Assembly: GCA_009694725.1 (NCBI GenBank)
Contig: SICV01000002.1
Coordinates: forward strand, 26,966 to 90,965
Direction of reading: 5' to 3'
Length of the DNA: 64,000 nucleotides
Origin: Candidatus Pacearchaeota archaeon
Lineage (GTDB): Archaea; Nanobdellota; Nanobdellia; Pacearchaeales; GW2011-AR1
Shown one piece after another: positions 18,593 through 27,878 of the stretch (position 1 is the stretch's first letter; each line of letters begins with the position of its first letter). The notes below the pieces were generated by a model, which saw nothing but the letters and a program-made list of their open reading frames with translations, made no database searches and was not told the DNA's origin. The translations under genes and the position numbers were made by a program.

Positions 18593-19519
18593 ATGGATCC
18601 ATATATACAACTCTTGGAACGTATTGCACAGGCTGCAAAACTTTCTCAAGAGGAAGTTGAACGTAAAGTTGAAGCAAAACGAGCAAAGTTATCTGGTTTG
18701 GTAAGTCGTGAAGGGGCTGCGCAAATTGTTGCTGCTGAACTAGGGGTTAATTTTGATAAAGAACAATTTACTATTGCAGAATTGCCGGGTGTGAAGCGAG
18801 CCAATTTTGTTGCGCAAATTTTAGCTATTGCTCCTGTACGTAGTTATAGTAAAAATGGACGAGAAGGAAAAGTGGGTAATCTTACCTTAGGTGATGCAAG
18901 CGGAACGATTCGGTGTGTGTTGTGGGACACGGCACATATAGGGTTGGTTGAACAAGGAACGTTGCATGTAGGGGATACTTTGGAGATTAGCAATGGAATG
19001 ATGCGTAATGGGGAAGTGCATCTTTCTTCGTTTGCAGATATCAAACAAAGCTCGATGAAGTTGGCAGGTGTACAATTGACTGCGATTGTTTCTCCGAAAC
19101 GGATTGGAGAATTACAACCGGGAATGAAAGCGCACGTTCGAGCATTTATTGTGCAGGCGTTCGATCCTCGTTATTTTGAAGTATGTTCTGAATGTGGGAA
19201 GCGTTTAGGTGAGGGTGGGTGCGCAGTGCATGGTCAAGTGACTCCTAAGAAACGTGCATTACTTTCATTGGTATTGGATGATGGGACTGAATCGTGTCGT
19301 GCGGTTTTATTTCAAGATCAGCTACTTCAATTGGGGTTGCAGGAAGCAGAAATTTACTCTTTAGAAGCTTTTTTAATAAAGAAAGCTTCTTTGTTGGGAG
19401 AAGAACATTTTTTTACTGGTTCTTTTAGACAAAATACATTATATAATACGACTGAATTTATGGTTGACTCTATTGCTCCTGTCGTTCCTGTAACGTTGCT
19501 CGCTTCTTTCCAAAAGTAG
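18593..19519 (+). CDS. RPA-like OB-fold ssDNA-binding protein with zinc finger
   Basis: LGDASGTIRCVLW, CSECGK...CAVHG, LDDGTE. Confidence 0.85.
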   Translation: MDPYIQLLERIAQAAKLSQEEVERKVEAKRAKLSGLVSREGAAQIVAAELGVNFDKEQFTIAELPGVKRANFVAQILAIAPVRSYSKNGREGKVGNLTLGDASGTIRCVLWDTAHIGLVEQGTLHVGDTLEISNGMMRNGEVHLSSFADIKQSSMKLAGVQLTAIVSPKRIGELQPGMKAHVRAFIVQAFDPRYFEVCSECGKRLGEGGCAVHGQVTPKKRALLSLVLDDGTESCRAVLFQDQLLQLGLQEAEIYSLEAFLIKKASLLGEEHFFTGSFRQNTLYNTTEFMVDSIAPVVPVTLLASFQK

Positions 19520-19550
19520 TATTTATTAAGGTCTGTTCTCTCTTTTGTAT

Positions 19551-19763
19551 ATGCCTGAGGTGATGACGCAACCTGTGCAACAACCTGTTCTGCAGGTTGC
19601 TCCGATTGTACCTCCCAGTACTCTTCCTCCCTCTTCTCTGTCTACACTTCCTGTTTCTCCACCCTCTTCTGAAGGGAGTTCGATGAAATGGTGGATTCTC
19701 GCAATGGTCCTTTTTCTTATTTTTGTAGGTATTGTTGTCTGGTATTTCAGCACTCGGCCGTAA
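19551..19763 (+). CDS. Small P/S-rich protein with C-terminal TM anchor
   Basis: Low-complexity linker followed by KWWILAMVLFLIFVGIVVWYF. Confidence 0.55.
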   Translation: MPEVMTQPVQQPVLQVAPIVPPSTLPPSSLSTLPVSPPSSEGSSMKWWILAMVLFLIFVGIVVWYFSTRP

Positions 19764-19764
19764 T

Positions 19765-20214
19765 ATGCTTGTTCGTACTCATTTTTTATTTGGCATTGTA
19801 CTTGCACTGTTCTTTTTGCCATTGGTAACCCACCCCTTTTGGTTTGTGCCTCTTGTTTTATTTACTTCTTTACTGCCTGATGTAGATAGTATGCATTCCC
19901 TTTTGGGGAGGAGTATGTGGTTTCGTCCTTTTCAGTGGTTGACTAAACATCGAGGATTTTTACACAGCCTTACTTTTTGTATTATCATTAGTTTTCTTTT
20001 GGTCTTGTTCTTTCCTCTTGTTGCCTTTCCTTTTTTCTTAGGGTATACTGGGCATTTATTGCTTGATGCATTTACCGTTGAAGGGATTCGCCCCTGGTGG
20101 CCAGGGAAGGATGAATGGAAAGGGAGCATTACTACGGGAAGCAGTATGGAAACGGGATTTTTTTATGGGCTGATTTTGATTAGTTTGGCTTTGGGTGTGG
20201 TGCGATTTTTCTGA
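19765..20214 (+). CDS. Membrane-bound metal-dependent hydrolase (YdjM-like)
   Basis: RTH, LLPDVD, HRGFLHS, HLLLDAFT. Confidence 0.85.
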   Translation: MLVRTHFLFGIVLALFFLPLVTHPFWFVPLVLFTSLLPDVDSMHSLLGRSMWFRPFQWLTKHRGFLHSLTFCIIISFLLVLFFPLVAFPFFLGYTGHLLLDAFTVEGIRPWWPGKDEWKGSITTGSSMETGFFYGLILISLALGVVRFF

Positions 20215-20316
20215 AGTACTTTCACGATAAAGAGTTTAGAGGAGTTTGGATTATATCTCGGTATATTTCTTTTCTAACGATAGTGTTGTATTATTGTCAT
20301 CTTTAGTGCTATAATG

Positions 20317-20324
20317 TTTATATA
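20317..20324 (+). promoter_or_regulatory. TATA box of radA (probably a leaderless transcript)
   Basis: TTTATATA about 22-29 nt upstream of ATG 20346. Confidence 0.6.
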
Positions 20325-20345
20325 GCGCTTTCCGTGTTTGTTTGT

Positions 20346-21362
20346 ATGGTTAAAGCGAGTGAAGAAAAAGAGGAGAAGAAAAGTAAAGTTGAGGGAGACG
20401 TGAGTGATGCTGAACCTGCATTAACTGATATTCCAGGGATTGGTCCCGGGATTGCTTCTAAGCTTGAAGCCGCAGGGGTGTATGATTTGATGGGGCTTGC
20501 TGTGATGAGTCCTTCTGCACTTTCTGAACTTGCTGGAGTGGGTGAAGCAGTTGCTCGTAAAGCTATTCAAGCTGCGCGTAGTATGATGAAACTAGGGTTC
20601 TCAGACGGGATTGAATTTTCTAAAAAGCGCGATGATGTGTTCTTTTTAGGAACGGGAAGCTCAAATTTGAATGGGCTCCTGGGAGGAAGAGGAATTGAAA
20701 CCAAGGCCATAACCGAGTGTTATGGCGCCTTTGGTTCAGGTAAGACGCAGCTCGGGTTAACTCTTGCGGTTCGTGTGCAGTTACCAAAAGAACAGGGTGG
20801 AGCAAATGGGAAAGCAGTTTTTATCGATACGGAGGGAACATTCCGTCCTGAACGTATTCGACAAATTGCAGAAGGTTTGGGAGCAAACCCTGAAAAAGTA
20901 CTCAAGAATATTTTGGTTGCTCGGGCGTTCAATAGTGATCATCAAATTTTATTGGCTGATAAAATTGGAGAGTTAATTAAAGGAGGAGAACCTATTCGTA
21001 TTGTTATTATTGATTCGTTAACTGCACATTTTAGAGCAGAATTTGCGGGACGAGGGCAGCTTGCAGATCGACAGCAAAAACTTAATCGATATCTTCATGG
21101 TCTTATGAAGTTGGCTGAACAACATAATCTTGCCATTTATGTGACAAATCAAGTTATGGCTAATCCTGCTATGATGTTTGGAGATCCTACGACTGCAGTT
21201 GGTGGGAATATTGTTGCACATGCAAGTACCTTTCGTCTCTATCTTCGTCGAGGGAAACAAGGGAGTCGAGTTGCCAAATTGATCGATAGCCCTAATTTGC
21301 CCGATGGAGAAGCTGTCTTTTTTGTTACCAAGAATGGTGTTGTTGATGAAGATAAGGATTGA
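20346..21362 (+). CDS. radA: DNA repair and recombination protein RadA
   Basis: HhH N-terminus, [32 protein letters not shown]. Confidence 0.96.
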   Translation: MVKASEEKEEKKSKVEGDVSDAEPALTDIPGIGPGIASKLEAAGVYDLMGLAVMSPSALSELAGVGEAVARKAIQAARSMMKLGFSDGIEFSKKRDDVFFLGTGSSNLNGLLGGRGIETKAITECYGAFGSGKTQLGLTLAVRVQLPKEQGGANGKAVFIDTEGTFRPERIRQIAEGLGANPEKVLKNILVARAFNSDHQILLADKIGELIKGGEPIRIVIIDSLTAHFRAEFAGRGQLADRQQKLNRYLHGLMKLAEQHNLAIYVTNQVMANPAMMFGDPTTAVGGNIVAHASTFRLYLRRGKQGSRVAKLIDSPNLPDGEAVFFVTKNGVVDEDKD

Positions 21363-21428
21363 GTAGTTTTATTTTGTCTTCTTAAATCTACTCGTAATGA
21401 TTAAATAGTTCTTTTTCTTGATGTAGTT

Positions 21429-22040
21429 ATGCGAGAGACAGTGAATGACGTAGTGCTTTCTGGGGACTATGTTGCAGATAAGATGAAAGAATTTGGGAAA
21501 GGAAAACCGTTTTCTCACGTAGTATTTGATGGTTTTTTACAGAAAAAAGTTGTTGAGGGATTACTTACTGGGTTTGAGAAGGAGTTTTTTGAACAGAAAC
21601 GAGCCGATTTATTCCAGTTTTCTCAGACTTCTGATTTGCATGGGTCAAAACAGAAGGCACTTAAAGCATTTGTGCACTTTCTTGATAGTCCCGAATTCGC
21701 CGAGTATTTGATTCGGATAACTGGTGTGAAGATGAAGGCAGGGGCAAGTGACGTGTTTGGGAGTCGTTATTCTTCAACTGATTACTTGCTCTGTCATGAT
21801 GATCAGCTTGAGGGCAGGAAATTAGCCTTTATTTTTTATTTGAACACGTTGCGGGAGACCCAGGGTGGTGCGCTTGCTTTCCGGGCTGATATGAAGGGTG
21901 TACCGGGGAAGATTGTAAAGCGTATTCATCCCAAAGCCGGTCGCTTGGTCGTTTTTCCGGTTTCATCACAGAGTTGGCATGAGGTTGAGGAAATAGTGAG
22001 TGAAGTTAATCGGTATGCGATCGGGGGATGGTTACACTAA
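21429..22040 (+). CDS. 2OG-Fe(II) oxygenase similar to the OGFOD1/Tpa1 catalytic N-domain
   Basis: DLFQFSQTSDL, YLLCHDDQLEGRKLAFIFYL, WHEVEE, RYAIGGW. Confidence 0.85.
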   Translation: MRETVNDVVLSGDYVADKMKEFGKGKPFSHVVFDGFLQKKVVEGLLTGFEKEFFEQKRADLFQFSQTSDLHGSKQKALKAFVHFLDSPEFAEYLIRITGVKMKAGASDVFGSRYSSTDYLLCHDDQLEGRKLAFIFYLNTLRETQGGALAFRADMKGVPGKIVKRIHPKAGRLVVFPVSSQSWHEVEEIVSEVNRYAIGGWLH

Positions 22041-22597
22041 TGTTGCAAGAAACGTACTTATTACTTGATACGAAAGAACAATTACGCTTGGCCTGGCAAT
22101 CTGAGGGGTACGTACAAGTTGATCATTTGCTTTCTGTTGAGGACTATATTCGTTTAGCAAAATGTGCTTGGGGAAAAGGGAAACAAGTTGAACGACCTGC
22201 GCGGTATTCTTATGGTCTTGTATCTTCTGTACCTTTAGTCTCTGCATTTAGTGGGTCGGTGCTCAGTGGCTGGTTGGGAAGTATAATGGGGGGGAAAGTG
22301 CGTATCAAAGACGTTTCTATTCGGCATTTTGGACATGGAGATTATACGTTATTACATGATGCCGTGTATACTGCGGGAGTTGCACAGTTCTTTTTCATTT
22401 TTTCAGGGATGTGGGATCCTGCGTGGGGAGGGGGATTGACAGTACATCGAGATAAAGCTTCCCCCTTACAGGTTGGGTTGAAGGGTAATCGATTCTTTTT
22501 AGTTCGTTCGCGTGATGAATGGAAACCGTTTGTGCAGTATATCAATCATCTTGCGGGAAAAGAGACTTTTGTACTCGTGCAGGGTACGATTTCGTAA
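22040..22597 (+). CDS. Degenerate 2OG-oxygenase fold similar to the OGFOD1/Tpa1 C-terminal domain
   Basis: RHFGHGDYTLLHD, WDPAWGG, FVQYINH; TAATG coupling to the upstream gene. Confidence 0.75.
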   Translation: MLQETYLLLDTKEQLRLAWQSEGYVQVDHLLSVEDYIRLAKCAWGKGKQVERPARYSYGLVSSVPLVSAFSGSVLSGWLGSIMGGKVRIKDVSIRHFGHGDYTLLHDAVYTAGVAQFFFIFSGMWDPAWGGGLTVHRDKASPLQVGLKGNRFFLVRSRDEWKPFVQYINHLAGKETFVLVQGTIS

Positions 22598-22724
22598 TGT
22601 TTCTTGTTTAGAGTATCTGGTGTACGCTTTGATGAGGGGGGTTCAGCAACGTTTTCTTCTTTCTTTTTCCCTTTTTGCTCGGTTACCCCATAGCTTTAAA
22701 ACCCTTTTACCTACCTTTTCTTAA

Positions 22725-22796
22725 GCCTCTATAGTTTATCGGATAGAATACAACCTTGCGGAGGTTGGGGGCGAGGTTCAATTCCTCGTAGAGGCG
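22725..22796 (+). tRNA. tRNA-Arg(GCG)
   Basis: Cloverleaf; anticodon arm caacc-ttGCGga-ggttg; T-loop ttcaatt. Confidence 0.92.
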
Positions 22797-22797
22797 T

Positions 22798-23049
22798 TTA
22801 TTTTTTCTTTTTCCATTGCCAACGCGGTCTATCTCCTGTGCACCAGCATATGAGCCAGATGATAAACGTGTAGAGTGTCCAGGGGTGTAGTACGGTATAG
22901 AGTGTATCGCTTATTGAATAGGAGAAGCGATTTGCGAGTGCATACGAATAATACATTCCAATAACCCAGAGTCCGATCATGAGTTTTCCTTGCCAGGTTG
23001 CTGGTTTCCAGCCCCAGCCATAATCTTTGCGTTTGAACCAGTATTTCAC
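22798..23049 (-). CDS. Small Trp-rich membrane protein
   Basis: YWFKRKDYGWGWKPATWQG ... PRWQW. Confidence 0.7.
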   Translation of the reverse strand: MKYWFKRKDYGWGWKPATWQGKLMIGLWVIGMYYSYALANRFSYSISDTLYTVLHPWTLYTFIIWLICWCTGDRPRWQWKKKK

Positions 23050-23081
23050 TCTTTTTTATTGTTTTTCTACTTTTTAGATGT

Positions 23082-23651
23082 TTAGAAGTGTTTATCTAAT
23101 TCTTTGGTGTACTGGTGAAGTTCAGTGTTATTGAACCAGAGAGCAATTTCTCGCTTGGCATTTTCTACGGTATCAGAGGCGTGGATGAGATTTCGTAATA
23201 CTCTTTGTTTTTTATCTGCGAGGGCATAGGACTCTAAGAGTGCGAAGTCTCCGCGGATGGTGCCGGGAGGAGATTGGCGAGGTTCAGTTGAGCCAACCAT
23301 TTTTCTGACGAGTTCGACGGCGTGGGGACCTTCAAGGACTAGGGCTACAACTGGTCCTTCACTGAGGAACGTCATATTCCAGGATTGAATGGTTTTTCCA
23401 AGGTGCATGTGATCTTTGTATTCCATTGTTTTACCTTCTTTATCGTATGAAGCTTTTGTTTTATCATAGACATTTTTTGCCCAGGTTTCATCAAGGTGAT
23501 AATGTTTCTCCGCGTGTTTCTCATCTGCCCAGACTAGTTTCATTGCGGCGATTTTGAATCCTGCTTCTTCGAATCGTTGGATAAGTCTTCCGAGGAGGTT
23601 TCGTTGGACGGCGTCATGTTTCAAAAGGACAAGTGTTTGTTCAGTAGTCAT
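23082..23651 (-). CDS. ndk: Nucleoside-diphosphate kinase
   Basis: TLVLLKHDAVQR, PGTIRGDF, NLIHASD. Confidence 0.95.
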   Translation of the reverse strand: MTTEQTLVLLKHDAVQRNLLGRLIQRFEEAGFKIAAMKLVWADEKHAEKHYHLDETWAKNVYDKTKASYDKEGKTMEYKDHMHLGKTIQSWNMTFLSEGPVVALVLEGPHAVELVRKMVGSTEPRQSPPGTIRGDFALLESYALADKKQRVLRNLIHASDTVENAKREIALWFNNTELHQYTKELDKHF

Positions 23652-23701
23652 GATTCGCTCTGGAGGGGAGGGGTTTTAAAGATTACTGTATGATTTTTTG
23701 T

Positions 23702-24298
23702 ATGGACAAAACTACGTTACTTGCAGATGTTGAAGAACGTTGTAAGGCTGCGGACTTGCTGTTGAAAGTTGGTTCTACACATTTGGTTTTTGGAAAGGGG
23801 AGTGCGGATGCTTCGATTGTGTTTATTGGGGAGGCTCCGGGAGCGAAGGAAGATGAGCAAGGAATGCCGTTTGTGGGTGCGGCAGGTAAGAATCTTGACA
23901 AGTTGCTTGCAGGGGTAGGGCTTTCACTGGATCAGGTGTATGTAGCGAATGTATTGAAATATCGTCCCCCAGAGAATCGGAATCCCTCCCCTGAGGAAAT
24001 TAGAGCTCATGCTCCTTGGTTGGCTGAGCAGTTACGCGCTATACGGCCAAAAGTGGTGTGTTCGCTGGGGAATTTTGCCACGAAGTTGGTGTTGAGAGGG
24101 TTTGAGGTTGAGAAGATGGATAGTGTTGCGGGGATTACTGCTCTCCATGGTAAGGTACAGATACTTCAGTGGGAAGGAATGACGTTTACGTTGGTGCCGT
24201 TGTTTCATCCTGCGGCAATTATCTATAATCAACGGTTAAAACCGTTGTGGGAAATGGATATGGACGTCGTGAAGGGGATTGTTGCTCAACATACATGA
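23702..24298 (+). CDS. udg: Family 4 uracil-DNA glycosylase lacking most Fe-S cysteines
   Basis: GEAPGAKED, PFVGAAG, RPPENR, FHPAA. Confidence 0.9.
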   Translation: MDKTTLLADVEERCKAADLLLKVGSTHLVFGKGSADASIVFIGEAPGAKEDEQGMPFVGAAGKNLDKLLAGVGLSLDQVYVANVLKYRPPENRNPSPEEIRAHAPWLAEQLRAIRPKVVCSLGNFATKLVLRGFEVEKMDSVAGITALHGKVQILQWEGMTFTLVPLFHPAAIIYNQRLKPLWEMDMDVVKGIVAQHT

Positions 24299-24533
24299 TT
24301 ACTCCCTTTTATCTGATGTACGCTTTTGGTGAGGGGTTTAGGAAGTAAACGTATTGTAGGGGGTGAGGGGAAAAAGGAGTTATTTCTCAGGAAAAGGTGT
24401 GTCGTGTTTGGGGGCGGTGAGATTTTTGTATTTGTAATGTGCTGAGGATGTTGGTTTGTTACAGAGTGGACAGAGAGTCTTGAGCGTGTAGTTCTTTTTG
24501 GTGTGGTTGGGGCAGACAGCAAGGTTCATGAGG

Positions 24534-25235
24534 TTATTGTGCTTCCTTTACAACGCAGGCAATCTTCTTTTCCTTTGCTTCTTGGACGAGTTTTGTGACG
24601 ATTTGTTGAAGTTTATAGTGTGCTTTCTTGTATTCAGTGTCTTCTACGCTCAATGAGAATTGTCCTGAACCTAAATAATGGGCCTTGACTTCTTTTTTAG
24701 AAAATAGATTCCTAATATCTTCTACCCCATTTTCACTATGGGTCGTCAAGACCACCACTTGACGTACTTCTTTTTTATTTTCATCTTTAGTAGACATAGC
24801 AGCAATTATTTTCTCTGCCTCCTCTTTTCCAACAAAAGGTTTAATTGCTGCCGGATTTGCTTTCAAGGCGTCAAAAAAATCGGCTAAGGTTTGCTCGTTG
24901 AGTATCTTTTCAATAATTGTTTCTGGATTTTTAGTAATTGATTTAAGCATTGTACGAATGGTACGTTCTTTCTTTGCTTGTTCTTGCGCTTCTTCACGTT
25001 CTTTTCCAGTTACTCTTCGTCGTGAAAGTTCAAGATGGTCTTTTTTGACTGTAAGTATCTTACATATGATTTGTTTATTGACGAATACATATTCTCTGAG
25101 ATTACGAATTCTTCCTGCAGCAATTTCAGACATCACAATTGCGCCTTTCTCACCCGTATTTGTTTCCACATGTACTGAAGCACTTTCAATTGATTTTACA
25201 TGACAGGTAATAATGTCCCCTTGTTTGTGTATCAT
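24534..25235 (-). CDS. eif2a: Translation initiation factor aIF2 alpha
   Basis: S1 domain with SEIAAGRIRNLRE and LSRRRV; follows S27e. Confidence 0.8.
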   Translation of the reverse strand: MIHKQGDIITCHVKSIESASVHVETNTGEKGAIVMSEIAAGRIRNLREYVFVNKQIICKILTVKKDHLELSRRRVTGKEREEAQEQAKKERTIRTMLKSITKNPETIIEKILNEQTLADFFDALKANPAAIKPFVGKEEAEKIIAAMSTKDENKKEVRQVVVLTTHSENGVEDIRNLFSKKEVKAHYLGSGQFSLSVEDTEYKKAHYKLQQIVTKLVQEAKEKKIACVVKEAQ

Positions 25236-25399
25236 GCTTTAATGACTCCACTGACTTTGGCGTGCATGCGCGCTTTTCCGCCAGATGTTTTTGCAAGAAG
25301 ATGGTTACATTTAGCGCATTTAACGAGCATAGAAGGTCTGCTAAAAATAGTTTGATGGTTCTTACAGCGAGGACATACAGTTTTGAGGAATACACTCAT
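25232..25399 (-). CDS. rps27e: Ribosomal protein S27e (eS27) (not in the ORF track)
   Basis: Translated by hand: MSVFLKTVCPRCKNHQTIFSRPSMLVKCAKCNHLLAKTSGGKA...; ATGA overlap with aIF2 alpha. Confidence 0.92.
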   Translation of the reverse strand: MSVFLKTVCPRCKNHQTIFSRPSMLVKCAKCNHLLAKTSGGKARMHAKVSGVIKA

Positions 25400-25531
25400 G
25401 AGAAAGGGTGGTTTGAGGGTGTTTTAAAGATTGTTATGTCTCGAACGTTTAAAACTTGCCTCATCAAGAATTTTAATTCTTGACCGCTATCAAGGACCTG
25501 TGTCCTTTAGGTTTAAGGCAATGACGTTTGT

Positions 25532-25647
25532 GAGCACAGAGAATCTACCGATTCTCTGGTCAGGAAACTAACTGATAGTTTCCTGCATCCAAAGAACGAG
25601 TGCTTGTTCAAATCACGTACTTCAGTGCGTGGTGGCACATCGTTTTT
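25532..25647 (+). ncRNA. Multi-hairpin non-coding element, copy 2
   Basis: Stems cagagaatc/gattctctg, caggaaacta/tagtttcctg, atcacgtact/agtgcgtggt; same linkers as 4761-4881. Confidence 0.6.
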
Positions 25648-25695
25648 CTGATGTGCCCTCTTGAACATTCGCTTGTGAATTTTTATATGAGGGGC

Positions 25696-27000
25696 TTATA
25701 CGGTTATCTTTAGAGAAGATTGGAGTTCAGTAATAAAAAGTTGTTCTTTGTCTTTATCAATAAGTCCCCCCGTAGCAAAGGGCTGGCCCCCTATTTCTCC
25801 TCCTAACTTGATGATTATATTGTGTACTAGTTCATGCACATTTCTTCCTTGTTTTCCCACCATTTGTGCTGAAATTTTAATTTTATTATTTGCATATGCT
25901 AATCCGATAAGTGCAGTCCCTTCTTCAAAGGCGGGGGAAGCAGAAAGCATGCTCGTTACTGTTCCAATAATTGTATCTTTTATTTTATCTTGTGCATTGA
26001 TGATTGTATATAGGGGCCCGGTAATATGCGTATTTTCTTGGGCATATTTAAGACCCGCAATAAGATGTTGTTTATATTCAGTGTACAGACGTTCTGCTTG
26101 CTCCTTTGCTTCTTTATTTCCTAAACAAAATGAGAGAGCTAATGCAGGTTGGTCCATTCGACTACAAGCATTAATAAGTGCTGAAAGTTCTCGAGCGTCC
26201 GCTTGTTGATTAAAAAACTTGATAATATACAGATTGCCGATATTTTGTTCAAGCGTTCGTTGCGGTATACGCATGGCAATTGCAGTAATTAAACGGCCCA
26301 TTTCATTATCGGATAACTCTAACAATGATTTGAATTTATCTTGTTCTCGTACTATATGTGCATCCCTTAGGAGTTCAATAACTCCTCGATAGGAACCGGT
26401 TACATTGGGAATATATGGATTTGAACAATATTCAAGGGTCTTATCCAGAGGCCTTGTTGCGGGATAGAGTAATAATCCTCGCTTGATAACTGTTTCAGCT
26501 TCACGAAGTATTTCTTCATATTGCGGGGAGATATTTTTTTCTAATTGATTACCCACCATGCCTAAGACTGCTAGATAGGCAAGATCCTTATTTTGTGCCG
26601 CTAGAGTTCGAGCGGTGAGATAACAAATGGCTGCAGATGAGAGTGGCTCTGCTTGTACTAACTGAAGATTGATTATTGTTATGTTTTGAGGAATATCAGC
26701 ACTTATTTCATGATGATCAAAAATAAATATTTCTGTTTTCTTTTGTGCTAGGGCAGATAGGCTTTCTGAAGCTAAACCTAGGAAAATAAGAATATGCGTT
26801 TCTGGTAGTTTTGCAATAAATGATTCTTCAAGCTCTTTGATAATTTGGAGAGAATATGTTTTATGCCAGCGTTGCAGCATACGTCCAAAAATCGCTGCGG
26901 AGGTTATCCCATCGGTATCTAAATGACTGATTATTTTAATTGGCTTGGTTTTACTGAGTGTATCTATTTTTGCCAGTGCGTTACTAATTGCTTGTTGCAT
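25696..27000 (-). CDS. DHH/RecJ-like (GAN/Cdc45-related) protein, partly degenerate
   Basis: SHLDTDG, FDHH, ELSALINACSR; follows uS15. Confidence 0.85.
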   Translation of the reverse strand: MQQAISNALAKIDTLSKTKPIKIISHLDTDGITSAAIFGRMLQRWHKTYSLQIIKELEESFIAKLPETHILIFLGLASESLSALAQKKTEIFIFDHHEISADIPQNITIINLQLVQAEPLSSAAICYLTARTLAAQNKDLAYLAVLGMVGNQLEKNISPQYEEILREAETVIKRGLLLYPATRPLDKTLEYCSNPYIPNVTGSYRGVIELLRDAHIVREQDKFKSLLELSDNEMGRLITAIAMRIPQRTLEQNIGNLYIIKFFNQQADARELSALINACSRMDQPALALSFCLGNKEAKEQAERLYTEYKQHLIAGLKYAQENTHITGPLYTIINAQDKIKDTIIGTVTSMLSASPAFEEGTALIGLAYANNKIKISAQMVGKQGRNVHELVHNIIIKLGGEIGGQPFATGGLIDKDKEQLFITELQSSLKITV

Positions 27001-27027
27001 ACCATACCTCTTTGAATATTATCTTTT

Positions 27028-27348
27028 TTATTTAAGTTTTTTAACGTGCCATAATTTCTTGGCAAGGGCCTTTTTGGCAGTGTAGTCATGTTTGTGTTGA
27101 GCAGAATGTTTTTTTACATTTTCGATACTTGCTTGATAGAGTTCTTTTTCTGTGGTGTAGGTAATTTTCCTTTCAGCAAGAATCTGGCTTACTTTTTTAC
27201 CAAGCATTTTTACTCGAGGAATGCCTTGTTGGTCCCGAAGAATAGCCCCTATTTTACTGGGAGTGTTTCCTTTTTGTGCAAGTTCAACTACTAATGCTTC
27301 AACTTCGGAAGGTTTCATTTTCATCCAATCTGTTTTTGTTTCAACCAT
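27028..27348 (-). CDS. rps15: Ribosomal protein S15P/S13e (uS15), shortened
   Basis: GNTPSKIGAILRDQQGIP, HKHD. Confidence 0.9.
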   Translation of the reverse strand: MVETKTDWMKMKPSEVEALVVELAQKGNTPSKIGAILRDQQGIPRVKMLGKKVSQILAERKITYTTEKELYQASIENVKKHSAQHKHDYTAKKALAKKLWHVKKLK

Positions 27349-27494
27349 TCTTTCTGCTACTAAAGAGGCATTAAAAAGCTTTCTGTAGGTAAACGATAAG
27401 GTTTAAAAAGCGGTTTAGTAACGAACATTTGCGTCAATCCAACACCTTACTGGTCGGTTTGTTGGGGAGCATCTCTTATGACCTTATTCACACT

Positions 27495-27824
27495 ATGAAA
27501 TTTCCAAAGGAACTCAAACGATATTGTCCGTATTGTAAAAAGCACACTACTCAGTTGGTAACCACCGCAAAACAACGTTCTCGTTCAGCGACGCATCCTC
27601 TTTCCAGAGGGAGTCAACCTCGTGAATATTTACGTGGTGTACGTGGTGGATTTGGAAATCAAGGTAAACGTAGCAAGAAAGGGGCAAAAGATTGGAAGAG
27701 AAAGACTAAGACTACGAAACGCATTACTGTTCTTTATCGTTGTACTACTTGTAAAAAGGCAAAGGGGAGCATTACTGCCATTCGTTCTTCCCGTATTGAA
27801 GTTGGGGAGAAGGTAGCGAAGTAA
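27495..27824 (+). CDS. rpl44e: Ribosomal protein L44e (eL42)
   Basis: MKFPKELKRYCPYCKKHT, KTTKR...YRCTTCKK. Confidence 0.92.
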   Translation: MKFPKELKRYCPYCKKHTTQLVTTAKQRSRSATHPLSRGSQPREYLRGVRGGFGNQGKRSKKGAKDWKRKTKTTKRITVLYRCTTCKKAKGSITAIRSSRIEVGEKVAK

Positions 27825-27878
27825 TGATAATACACATATTTTCAAATACTCACAATAAGAGGTATTGTTTCGTATAAC

